From assembly GCA_043228905.1 (NCBI GenBank), contig JBHGNT010000001.1:16058001-16122000 (forward strand): a stretch of DNA of 64,000 bases. The letters run 5' to 3'. The notes beneath the pieces were generated by a model. The model ran no database searches. It worked only from the letters and a program-made list of their open reading frames with translations, and had not been told where the DNA came from. The DNA is from Azolla caroliniana. Taxonomy: Eukaryota > Plantae > Polypodiophyta. This document shows, in pieces, positions 14,701 to 25,713 of the stretch. How positions within the stretch are numbered: position 1 is the stretch's first letter; the number at the start of each line of letters is the position of its first letter. The position numbers and the translations under genes were made by a program.

Positions 14701-17700
14701 TGATTACTCTATAGAGAGTACTAGAAAGACATTTGCAAACAAACGGCTCAGTTGATGATGAATAAAAGTTGGGGATCCAATCACACACCCATAACATTTT
14801 GTCATTCATTGTTTGTGAGTTCATCCTTGTTGTTTCCTTGGATGGCATGGCCAACATAGATATTGGTTGGGTTTCATGGGGCTCAGATGGCATTTTCGTG
14901 GTCACATTGCTTAGTAGATGAGATGTTTGGGTGGTAGTCTTCGATCGACGCTATGAGCTTTTTTATTCATGTGGGCGCTCTTGTTTGCCCCTACATGACT
15001 TCTACCACAACTTTACTTTTTCCTTCATGTCTCTTGGCCTGAATTTCAAAACTTAGACTTTATTAGGTCATAGCATAGCCTGCTTCGTTAGCTTTGATTC
15101 AACTATTTGAACTCTGAAATCCAATCAGTGTGCCGGAGATGGTGACTTCCCTCTAGGGGGTTAAGCCAGGTCAAGGTTTATCGATGGTCTCATATTTTCG
15201 TCACTACGAATTTGTGCGCCTCGTATCTATATAGAGGGTGTTGTATTCTTGCATTCTAGATGAAATTTGGGCGATCCTTGCCCCTACAGGCGTCACCTAG
15301 CGGGGCTATCGGTCACCCTCGACGATGTTGGGTTCAGTGCTTGACGAGGGATACTAATTTTTATTGGATCCCCAACTAGAGACTGACATATGATACCACT
15401 ATTTCAACGAGAATGCAAGGTTCTAAAGGATTAACCTCTTTTAAGTCCATCAACTTTTTCAACTATATGAATAGTGAGTACTTCCACATTTTCATTATTG
15501 AATGACAATACTGTTTCAGCTTATGCTACCACTAGAATCATTCTTAGGAACTGAGCAAATACCACCACACTTCCAAACCAATGTTAGCAACAAGATACCC
15601 ATCAAGGCTGAAGGCATCCATCCAAATGAGAAAAATGAATAAATTTTGACCATTACCATACTTAATTTGTAGTTATTGATTTTATAATAGTGTGTAAAGC
15701 ATTGGCTTCATTTCTAGATTTTGGATTCCAAAGCACAAGTAGCCCAATCAGAATCACAATAGCCCTCAATGTTAAAATTGATCATGTTTCTAAATATCAA
15801 TCCCTTCCTTGGGCACCTTTGAGATATCTTAGAATCTGGTACATTGCATCCATATGATCTTTCCTCAGATCATGCATGTAGCGACTTACCACACTTACTG
15901 CAAATGAAGTATTTGGACGAGTGTGAGTCAAATAAATCAGCCGACCTACCAATCATTAATACCTTTCACGATCAATTTTCTCTCCTGCAAGTTTAGTTAA
16001 CTTAATCTTTGGGTCAATTGGAGAAGCTACAGGCCTACAACCAACATTCCAGTTTCTATGAGAAGATCTATGTTGAGCGGCAAGCTCACTTGGAGCCAGA
16101 TCGACTGGATAAGCCTGAGCCGGTGAGCGAGACGGATCGGTAAGCTGGTGAGCAACTGAGCCGGCAAGCAACTGAGCCAGTGAGCTGGGGAGCCGGTTAG
16201 CCGGATCCAATCGGTAACCAAAAGCCTACTATTAGTTTAGACTACTAGGCAATTATAGTCTCGTAGTAAGTGTCAGATGCTCGTGTGAGCATTGAAGTAC
16301 GCGGTACTCTTGTCAGTCCCACGAGGACTTGTATAAATAGTGCTATTGAGCATAGTTGTATGTACAAAGTGTCTATATTGTTTTGAATATAGCTTTTACG
16401 TTATGCTCTCTCTGTCTCTCCCGTGTACTCTGTGTATTTTCTGTTTTCTTTGTTTTCTAACGCTTCCGCAAGTAATCGTTTACATGGTATCAGAGCGCAA
16501 GGGTTGAGAACCTCTGCAGCCGACAAACGCTTGAAAGCAAACCCTAACAGGTCGTAAGAACAGCAGACAGAGAAGTGATGGATAGAGGAATGGCTCGCTC
16601 GCTCCCTATGGAGAAACTCTACAGATCCAACTACGCATCTTGGTCGTACAAGATGCACCAGTACCTGCTTGGGCATGGCTACTGGAGTTTCGTCGAAGGA
16701 GCCAACGAAACAGCACCTGATGCGGCACATAAGGATTTCCCAATGTGGGAACAATCGGCAAGCAAAGTGATGCACTGCTTCGCGTCCAGTGTCAGAGACC
16801 AGTTGCTGAGCCACATCCGAGATGCCAAGACGCTGAAGGAGGCTTGGGGAAACCTGAAGAAGGTTTTCGCCGCGAGCACTACAGCTCGAAAGTTGCAACT
16901 CCAATAGGAGTTGAGCAATGTTTGACAAAAGGACATGTCGGTGGCGGATTACACGGCCCAAATCAAAGAGATATGTGACTCACTTGCCTCTATCAACGTT
17001 ACTGTAGAGGAAGACGAGATGGTACAGGTCTGTCTTGGGGGCCTGGCGTCTAAGTTCAGAGCGTTCCGAACGGCAGTGTGTACAAGGGAGAATACGCCAT
17101 CATTTTTCGACTTACAATCGATGCTCCTTGTAGAGGAGAACCACGCCGGTGCTTCAACTAGCACACCCATTGACAGCCGGATGCTGTATACGGAAGCGGA
17201 TCGGTCCCGTGGGCGTGGTGGACGAGGCGGTTCGGCACGCAATGGAGGCGGCCGGCAAGACCAGGAACAAAGACACAAAGAACGTGTCGATAGCAGTTCC
17301 GGACCCTCTGAGAGCAGGGGGAGTCATGGTGGCAAGAGAAGACTACAACGGAATGTTGGTACTGTGGCAAAAAGGGCCACAGAGAAAGCGAGTGCTGCAG
17401 AAAACGCGTCAATTCAGACAAATCCGGATCCGGCAAGGCCGGCAAAGCTCGCACTACACGAAGGGATCGGGAGGATCCAAGAACGGTAACGGGCCAGCCT
17501 TGGTGATGAAGCACGAGGTGAACTCGATGAAGAAGACCACTTCCAAATCAGAGGAAGTGTGGTATGTTGATTCCGATGCGTTGAACCACATGACGAGCCA
17601 CAAAGAGTGGTTCTCCTTTTCGGAGAAACCGGATCAACCAAGAGTAGTTGAAACCGGAGACGACACTCCTCACCCAATTGTGCACGTCGGAGAAGTCCCT

Positions 17701-18863
17701 TTGAGCCACGTCGGATAGAAGGGGAAGCTGATGAACGTATTACACGTTCCGACAATCATGAAGAACCTGGTGTCGGTCGGACAGATAGTCGACCAAGGGA
17801 TGCAGGTGCGGTTTACGCACCTCGGGTGCTTCATCGAGGAAGAGGGCCAGATTATTGCGCAAGGGCGTAGAGACGGGAGGATGTTTATCCTCCACACCAA
17901 TGACGTTGGCACCGCTCTGTCGAATACCTGTGTATAATGGACGTATTCACATTATCCCGTTTTGGCCATTTATGTAATTAGCATAAAGGGTAGTTGCCCT
18001 AAGTCGGTCACTATATATAGTGACCTTGTAACCTCTTTGTGAGGTTGGTTGTTGTATTGTTGCTTTATCAAATAAAGAAACTCTTTTGTGTCTCTCTCTC
18101 TCTCTCTCTGTGCAACGACCTACATTCTGTCATACACAGGGAATAAACAGGAATCGAGTGCTTCAAGATCTTCCGCACTGACGACATTGCTTCCAACATC
18201 TGGTATCAGAGCCTGCACAGTAGTCGGTCCTTCAATCCGCTGTCGGCCGTCGTCTCTGCATTCGGTTTCCTGCGTCATTCGAAGAAAGAGAGAAGAAGAA
18301 CAAAAACGAGGTTTGCACCTCATCGCGTTAGATCCCCTTGCTTGGAGTAAGCCATCAGGTCGTACTCTGTTCCTTGTGATCGTAACCGCTCGAGGTGAAA
18401 TCCCCTTGTGCATCATTGATACGATCGTGCTCCATTCGGTTAAACGGCATCCGAAGAAGTCACCAAACGCTGCTCGTTGTAACCACTCGGTGCAGATCGG
18501 TCTCAATACAACAACCCCAATTCGTGCTTCATCCGGCTGATCGACATTCGAGAGGATCAGTTGGATCTGTCTCTCTCGTCGCTGCAGCCACCCGAAGCAG
18601 AATCGGTCCAGATAATCGGTTTCAATTATCGGTATTCGGCATATATATCCGAAGCGAACCGGGCTCACGCCGACTCGGCAACATTCGGGAAGACCAGTCG
18701 GTTCTGTCCCTCAAGCTACCGAAGTCAATTCGAGCAAGTTCCGAAGCCGAACCGACTCGGGTTCAAATCTGACTAGAACGATATCGGGTGAGCCAACCGG
18801 CTGCACTCCAACAAGGTTCGTAGTCAACTTCGAACCGAGCTTCGTCAACTGAAACCGAATTTG

Positions 18864-20309
18864 ATGGCATCAACATCCGGCTCGTCAGAAATGAGTCTAC
18901 GAAAGTTCGATGGATCGAACTTTAACTTCTGGAAGGAGCAAATGCAGGACTATCTCATAGTCAAGGGGCAGATCGATTCCATCGAAAATGAAGAACCTCC
19001 AGAAGGATACAAACCAATTGAGTGGCAAAAGCTGGACAGAATCGTCCGCGCCACGATTCGGATGCACCTATCGGAATCAGTATACTTCACAGTGCAATCG
19101 TGTACGACAGCATTCGAACTGTGGAAAACACTGTCGGACACTTACGAAAAGAAGGTCGCCGCAACAAAGATGTTTCTGATCCGGCGCCTCTACAACTTGC
19201 GGATGAAAGAGTCCGATTCGGTTCAAGCACACCTCAATGAGTACGAAAGCATAAGCTCCCAAATCTCGTCACAGGGGACGGCAATCGAGGATGAACTCAG
19301 AGCAATGATACTCATGAGTAGCCTTCCCTCATCATGGGAAACTTTCGTCACAACCGTGTGCAACGCGTCAACCACGGCTGTCAAATACTCCGAAGTCACG
19401 AGCGCAATTCTGACCGAAGCAGCTCGGAGAAAGTCTTTTGCCAAAGACTCAACAGACGACGCTTACGTAGTACAAGGTTCGACAGACCGATCGAACACAC
19501 GAGGAAGAGATTCCTCACGACCGCCGAACAATCAGCGAAGACGGAGCCAGTCACGGGATAACCGAATCTGCAACTACTGCAAGAAACCCGGACACATCAA
19601 AGCCGACTGCCGCGCACTCAAGAACAAGAACAACAAGAAGAGTGGCCGGCATGAGGAGATCAACTACGTCAGCTTCTCAGCTGATGTGCTACCAGACGAC
19701 CCGAATATACTATCAATCGAAAATCCAGTCGGATCAGAAGTTCTACTCACGACTGAAGAGTCGAGCACATGGCTCTTAGATTCGGGCGCGTCATTTCACG
19801 TGACTCCTCATCGATCCCAATTTCGGCAATATACGATCCGTCACTCCGACTCAGTTCGAGTCGGTAACTCGCAACACTGTGACATCATCGGAATCGGCAC
19901 AGTAGAGCTCAACCTTGCAGGTGGCTCAACACTTGTACTCCACAATGTCCGACATGTACCCGAGCTCTCAAGGCCATTGATCTCAGTCGGACAACTAGAT
20001 GAAGACGGCATTCGTGCCGGTTTTTCTTCGGGAGGGTGGACACTCCACAGGGGGAACCTCCTGCTTGCTAGAGGACCTAAGATACACTCCTTGTATCCGT
20101 TACATGTTACACTCAGAGAGGGTAACCTGTTTTTGGTGGATATTCCTGTGTCATCACTATGGCACCGAAGATTAGGACACCTCAGCAAGGCCGGCATCAT
20201 GCACCTATCCAGAGCCGGATACATCCCCAAACTCTCCTTCTCGGACCATCAATTCTGCGAGCATTGCCAGTATGGCAAACAAGACTTGGGATCTGGTCGA
20301 ATTACCTAG
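18864..20309 (+). CDS. Element B Gag-protease (ends by frameshift at the deletion junction)
   Basis: CNYCKKPGHIKADC knuckle, WLLDSGASFH protease, LWHRRLGH..CEHC. ATG at 18864. Confidence 0.88.
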   Translation: MASTSGSSEMSLRKFDGSNFNFWKEQMQDYLIVKGQIDSIENEEPPEGYKPIEWQKLDRIVRATIRMHLSESVYFTVQSCTTAFELWKTLSDTYEKKVAATKMFLIRRLYNLRMKESDSVQAHLNEYESISSQISSQGTAIEDELRAMILMSSLPSSWETFVTTVCNASTTAVKYSEVTSAILTEAARRKSFAKDSTDDAYVVQGSTDRSNTRGRDSSRPPNNQRRRSQSRDNRICNYCKKPGHIKADCRALKNKNNKKSGRHEEINYVSFSADVLPDDPNILSIENPVGSEVLLTTEESSTWLLDSGASFHVTPHRSQFRQYTIRHSDSVRVGNSQHCDIIGIGTVELNLAGGSTLVLHNVRHVPELSRPLISVGQLDEDGIRAGFSSGGWTLHRGNLLLARGPKIHSLYPLHVTLREGNLFLVDIPVSSLWHRRLGHLSKAGIMHLSRAGYIPKLSFSDHQFCEHCQYGKQDLGSGRIT

Positions 20310-21765
20310 GAACCGACGTGCTCTTCCTTGCAAGTGGGTTTATCGACTAAAAGAGACGTCAGATTCGACCACCCCAAAGTACAAGGCCAGATTAGTTGCG
20401 AAGGGCTTCCGACAAGAATATGGCGTCGACTTCGACGAGATTTTTTCACCAGTGGTGAAAATGACAACCCTTCGTTTCCTACTCGGCGTAGTGGCAGCCG
20501 ACAACCTGGAGCTGATTCAGCTAGATGTCAAAACAGCCTTCCTCCATGGTGATCTCGAGGAGGAAATTTATATGGAGCAGCCAAAAGGCTTCGTGGCAAC
20601 CGGCCAAGAACATCTAGTCTGCCGACTCAGGAAGAGTCTATACGGCCTCAAACAGGCACCGCGACAATGGTACAAGAAGTTCGACGACTTCATCCAATCG
20701 ATCGGCTTCTCCAAAAGCGATGAGGACCATTGTCTCTTCACCAACACAGCTCAAGATGGATCACCCATCTTCCTCATCATTTACGTGGACGACATGCTAA
20801 TTTCTGGACGCCACGCGGGCGAACTTGCCGATCTCGTTCGGCAACTGCGGTTGAAGTTTGCCATGAAGGACCTCGGTCCGGCACGACACATCCTTGGCAT
20901 GAAGATTAGTCGGCATCGCGATAAACGACATCTTTTTCTGTCTCAGACCGACTATATCCGACGTGTCTTAGAACGCTTCAACATGCAATCAGCCAAATCT
21001 GCTTCAACCCCGCTCCCTATGAATCTTCGGCTCTCTCAGCGAGACTGCCCGACATCCGGTCCGGAGGGGGAAGATATGAAGTCGGTACCGTATGCACCGG
21101 CAGTCGGCTCTCTTATGTACCTGATGGTCGCGACACGGCCTGATATTTCTCACGCCGTAGGAGTCGTTAGCAGATTTATGCATAACCCTGGCCGATCGCA
21201 TTGGAACGCAGTCAAGCATGTGTTCAGATATCTGACTGGCACAAAAGACCATGGCATTCTTTTCGGTCCGAACCGAACCTCAGGCGTAGTCGGTTACACC
21301 GACTCGGACTTCGCCGGCTGTATAGACAGTCGGAAATCAACAACCGGATACTGCTTCAAATTCGGCAATGGAGCAATCTCGTGGAAGTCGAAACTTCAGG
21401 AGTGCACAGCGACCTCAACGACCGAAGCAGAATATGTAGCTGCGTCCGACGCAGCAAAAGAAGCTTTGTGGCTCGGTCGGCTGGCGCACACGTTTCGACA
21501 AGTCGACCATGACTCGGCTCCAGTTGTCTACAGCGACAGCCAAGGTGCTGTTGCCTTGTCGAAAAATCCGGTTCACCACAACGCCTCCAAACATATCGAC
21601 GTTCGATATCATTTCGTTCGGGACTGCGTCATTTCAGGGAAAATCGGTCTAGAGAAAATATCCACAACCGATAATGTCGCAGATGGAATGACCAAGTGTC
21701 TTTCGGCAGACCGTTTTCGGTCTCTTCGGCATCAGATGGGCGTAACGACAAACCAGTCCGGTTAG
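20272..21765 (+). CDS. Element B reverse transcriptase-RNase H, uninterrupted 497-aa ORF
   Basis: KARLVAKGF, QLDVKTAFLHG, LYGLKQAPRQW, YVDDM, YTDSDFAG, HIDVRYHFVR. Confidence 0.9.
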   Translation: MANKTWDLVELPRNRRALPCKWVYRLKETSDSTTPKYKARLVAKGFRQEYGVDFDEIFSPVVKMTTLRFLLGVVAADNLELIQLDVKTAFLHGDLEEEIYMEQPKGFVATGQEHLVCRLRKSLYGLKQAPRQWYKKFDDFIQSIGFSKSDEDHCLFTNTAQDGSPIFLIIYVDDMLISGRHAGELADLVRQLRLKFAMKDLGPARHILGMKISRHRDKRHLFLSQTDYIRRVLERFNMQSAKSASTPLPMNLRLSQRDCPTSGPEGEDMKSVPYAPAVGSLMYLMVATRPDISHAVGVVSRFMHNPGRSHWNAVKHVFRYLTGTKDHGILFGPNRTSGVVGYTDSDFAGCIDSRKSTTGYCFKFGNGAISWKSKLQECTATSTTEAEYVAASDAAKEALWLGRLAHTFRQVDHDSAPVVYSDSQGAVALSKNPVHHNASKHIDVRYHFVRDCVISGKIGLEKISTTDNVADGMTKCLSADRFRSLRHQMGVTTNQSG

Positions 21766-24700
21766 AGCCGGACACAGAGCAGGATGGTTCCCGACAACCG
21801 ACATCAGTTCCTTAATGATCGGCTTCAACTGTTCCGACCCGACCAGTTCGGTCTTCTGCCTTCGGACCCTGCCGACTGGAACAAAGCTGATATGTCCGAG
21901 AACCTAAGTCTATACCTATAATCTTAGATAACCCATGTATACGCCCATTACGGGGGAGTGTCGAATACCTGTGTATAATGGACGTATTCACATTATCCCG
22001 TTTTGGCCATTTATGTAATTAGCATAAAGGGTAGTTGCCCTAAGTCGGTCACTATATATAGTGACCTTGTAACCTCTTTGTGAGGTTGGTTGTTGTATTG
22101 TTGCTTTATCAAATAAAGAAACTCTTTTGTGTCTCTCTCTCTCTCTCTCTGTGCAACGACCTACATTCTGTCATACACAGGGAATAAACAGGAATCGAGT
22201 GCTTCAAGATCTTCCGCACTGACGACATTGCTTCCAACACGCTCTGTTTGCAAAAGGATAGAAGGTTGAATTGGACATCGACCTGTGGCACAACCAGATA
22301 GGCCACGTCAATTACCGGAGGCTTCAAGACCTGCAAGCGAAACAAGTTGTTTTCCGTTTGCCAAAGTTCAGCGGCCGGAAGGCCCAAGTATGTGAAGCAT
22401 GCCAACTCGGGAAGCAACATCGGCTTCCATTCCCTACTGAACGTAACCGGGGCTGTAAGAAGCTCGACCTTATCCTTTCGGATGTGTGGGGACCGGCACA
22501 GAATGTTAGTCTTGGCGGGAGTCGATATTTCGTCTCCTTCATCGACGACTATACGCGGCACACATGGATCTACCTCATTGAGCGGAAGAGTGAAGTCTTC
22601 AAGTGTTTCCAGAGTCTCCAAAGCATGGTGGAACGGGAATCGGAGAGGAAGATCAAATGCCTGTGGTCGGATGGCGGAAAAGAATACTTGTCCGACCAAT
22701 TCAACAGTTATCTGCAACAAAAGGGAATTCGGCGAGAGTTCAGCTGCAGATACACACCGCAACAAAACGGTGTTGCCGAAAGGAAGAACCGGTCGCTTAT
22801 TGATGCGGCAAGGGCAATGCTGGAGGAGAAGAGCATGCCCAAATTCTACTGGGCGGAGGCAGTCCGAACGGCTGTCTACATCTAGAACCGGATCAGTGAC
22901 AAGGTGTCAGCTCACGAGCTGTATTTTGGGCGCAAGCCGAATTTGAGACAGCTTAAGATCTTCGGTAGCATTGCATATGTGCATGTACCGGATGAGAAGC
23001 GGAGGAAGCTGGATGCAAAATTGGAAAAATGCATCCTAGTCGGCTATGCTCAAGAGCAAAAGGGTTATAAGTGTTATAACCCCCGGACAAAGCAGGTCCA
23101 AGTTAGTTGAGATGTCGAGTTTGATGAATCAGCATCGTGGTACTCCTTACCGGCTCCGACCCGATGCCAGAGGATCAGGCTAGTGAGCTTGAACCGGCCC
23201 AAGTAGATGATGATGAAGCGTGGACTCAGGATGAGAGTCCGGAATCATTTCGGTTGAGCGGGCCAAACGAGAGACTGAGTCAATCTAACCAGTCTGATGA
23301 GGAACCGGCGAGTAGTGGAGACTCTATCGTGCTCTCCCCGCATAAGGAACCGAGGAGACGGTTCACGCGCAAAGAGAAAGGGAAGAAAAAGATGCCGGAA
23401 TTCGAAACCGGCAATGATGAGTCGGATCCGTGTGCATCCGACTCCGGCAAGGAGAAAGGCGGATCTTCGGCAACGAAGACCGAACTGGCCAAGAAGGGCC
23501 TCAAACCGGGTAACGGTGAGTTACGCCGGTCCACCCGCCAGAAGGATCCCGTCATGCGGTACAGGTACAATGAGTACATGGCGCATCACTATGCGTACAT
23601 GACTAAGGCGGCAGAAGTGCGTGAGCCGGAGAGCTATGCAAAAGCGGCAAAGGACGCAAATTGGCGTGCCGCTATGGAGGAAGAAATGCGGGCACTTGAT
23701 GTCAACAAGACATGGGACCTAGTTGACCCTCCCCGTCACTGTAAACCGATCGAATGCAAGTGGGTGTACAAGGTAAAGTACAACGTCGACGGTTCAGTTA
23801 ACCAGTACAAGGCCCGGTTAGTGGCGAAGGGATACGCGCAGACCCACAGAATCGACTACAACGAGACCTTCGCTCTGGTAGCTAAGATGACGATGGTTCG
23901 TGTGGTGCTGGCGGTAGCTGCAGCAAGAGGGTGGCATCTTCACCAGATGGATGTGAAGAATGTGTTTCTTCAGGGTGATCTTGAAGAAGAAGTCTTTATG
24001 ACTTCGCCCCCCGGTTTTCAATCAGAGATGAACAAGTCGGCGGTATGCTGGCTGAAGAAGTCATTGTACGGTTTGAAGCAAGCCCCTCGAGCTTGGAATG
24101 CGAAGATCACGCACCAGTTGCGTAAGATGGGGTTTGCGGCCTCCAAGTCCAACTCTTCGTTGTTCATCCGGCAAGGCTCAGCCGGTCCGGTATGTATCCT
24201 GTTGTATGTTGATGATTTAGTCATCACCGGACCGGGTCTTCCAGAAGTCAACCGCGTCAAGTCCCAGTTGTCGGACGCATTTGAGATAAAGGACTTGGGG
24301 GACCTTCATTATTTTCTTGGGATCGAGGTGATCCGAACCCCCGACGGCATATTGCTCTCACAATGACATTACGTCTTGAATATGTTGAACAAGTTCGGCA
24401 TGACAGAATTTCGACCTGTATCCACACCCTTGGACCGGAACCAGAAGCTTCGTCCCAACTCCGGACCAGCCTGCAACGAGAAACGGTTCCGACAAATTAT
24501 CAGAAGCCTTATTTACTTGACTATCACGCGACCCGACATCAGCTATCCGGTCGGAATGATAAGTCAATTCATGCAGAAGCCGACCGTGGAGCACCTTCAA
24601 TGCGCGCAGCGGATACTGCGATATGTAAGCGGCACAAAGGACCGGGGCCTGTTATACCGGTGTGGTATACCCGAAGAGCTGGTCGGTTACACAGATGTCG

Positions 24701-25025
24701 ATTGGGCCGGCGATGCATCAGATCACCGATCAACCTCCGGTTACATGTTTTCCCTAGGTAGCGCGGTTGTTGCGTGGAACAGCAAAAAGCAGCCAATAGT
24801 TGCTCTGTCAAGCACTGAGGCTGAGTATCGGGGCGGTACCATTGCCACCTGTGAAGCCATTTGGCTTCGGCGATTGTTGCAAGACCTACAGATCGACGTA
24901 CCGACCCCGATTATGGTCTATTGCGACAACATAAGCAGCATGCAACTCGCCAAGAACCATGTATTCCATGCTCGCACAAAGCACATAGACGTGTACTATC
25001 ACTTCATGCGTGAGCGTGTCCTGAG

Positions 25026-25713
25026 TGTTGAGAACTCGACGTTCCTTATGTCCGACGCTCGGCCACAACCGAGATTCTTTTCATACACAGAAAAACAGGT
25101 AATGAAACGCGACACAAAAAAAGAGGAGAAATGGTATACAGGAGGTATACGTGGAAAACCCCAAAATAGGGGAAAAACCACGGCAGCCCACAAGCTGCAA
25201 ACTGTCACTATGCAGAAATATACAACAGTGAGATCACTGAGGCAACGACCTCATGCTCTCAGATCTTCGCCACAGGCGGCGGTTACAACAGAGGCAACGA
25301 CCTCGTCTCTCTCTCTCTCTCTCTCTGTCTCTCTGTACAGTTACGCGCTCTGATTTCTTCTTGCACCAACAAGAAAGAATGATAACAAAAAAACGACAAC
25401 AACTACACGACTAAAAAGTTTGCCCTAAGTCATATTTATACTAATATGACTTTTCGGCTATTTACAAATGTAGCCTCGATGGGCTCCATCCGGCTCTCCG
25501 CAGTCGGGTACTCCTCATCCGGTTCATACCGGGCCTACACCATCCGACTCTCCGCAGTCGGGTACTCCTCATCCGGTTCATACCGGGCCTACACCATCCG
25601 ACTCTCCGCAGTCGGGTACTCCCCATCCGGTTCATACCGGTTCGGCCTCGGCCGAGTTTGTTCGTCAGCACTGTTCTTCTACCTTCCCATCCGGAGGGAC
25701 CTGTTTCCCAACA
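25026..25713 (-). mobile_element. Solo LTR inserted in element A RNase H
   Basis: TGTTG...CAACA termini, TSD CTGAG. Copia U5-type motif GCCGTGGTTTTTCCCC..GGGGTTTTCCACGT on the - strand. RNaseH VLS|GEVELRYV resumes after it. Confidence 0.92.
25486..25640. repeat. 54-bp tandem repeat x approx. 3 inside the solo LTR
   Basis: CCATCCG.CTCTCCGCAGTCGGGTACTCC at 25486, 25540 and 25594. Confidence 0.93.

Larger units (their letters stand above)
17918..22239 (+). mobile_element. Very young Ty1/copia element B with the integrase deleted
   Basis: 281-bp LTRs at 17918-18198 and 21959-22239 read identical. TSD CGCTC. PBS-iMet at 18201 and PPT GGGGGAG at 21952. Confidence 0.97.

Noticed and set aside
10157-15660. 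Possible additional host gene between TAD2 and the central nest
   Set aside because: Only short low-complexity ORFs; no recognisable protein motif or consistent exon chain was found by eye.
25486-25640. Short tandem arrays (also 3964-4068 and 32285-32602) as CRISPR-like
   Set aside because: Head-to-tail units without unique spacers, no cas genes, eukaryotic context.
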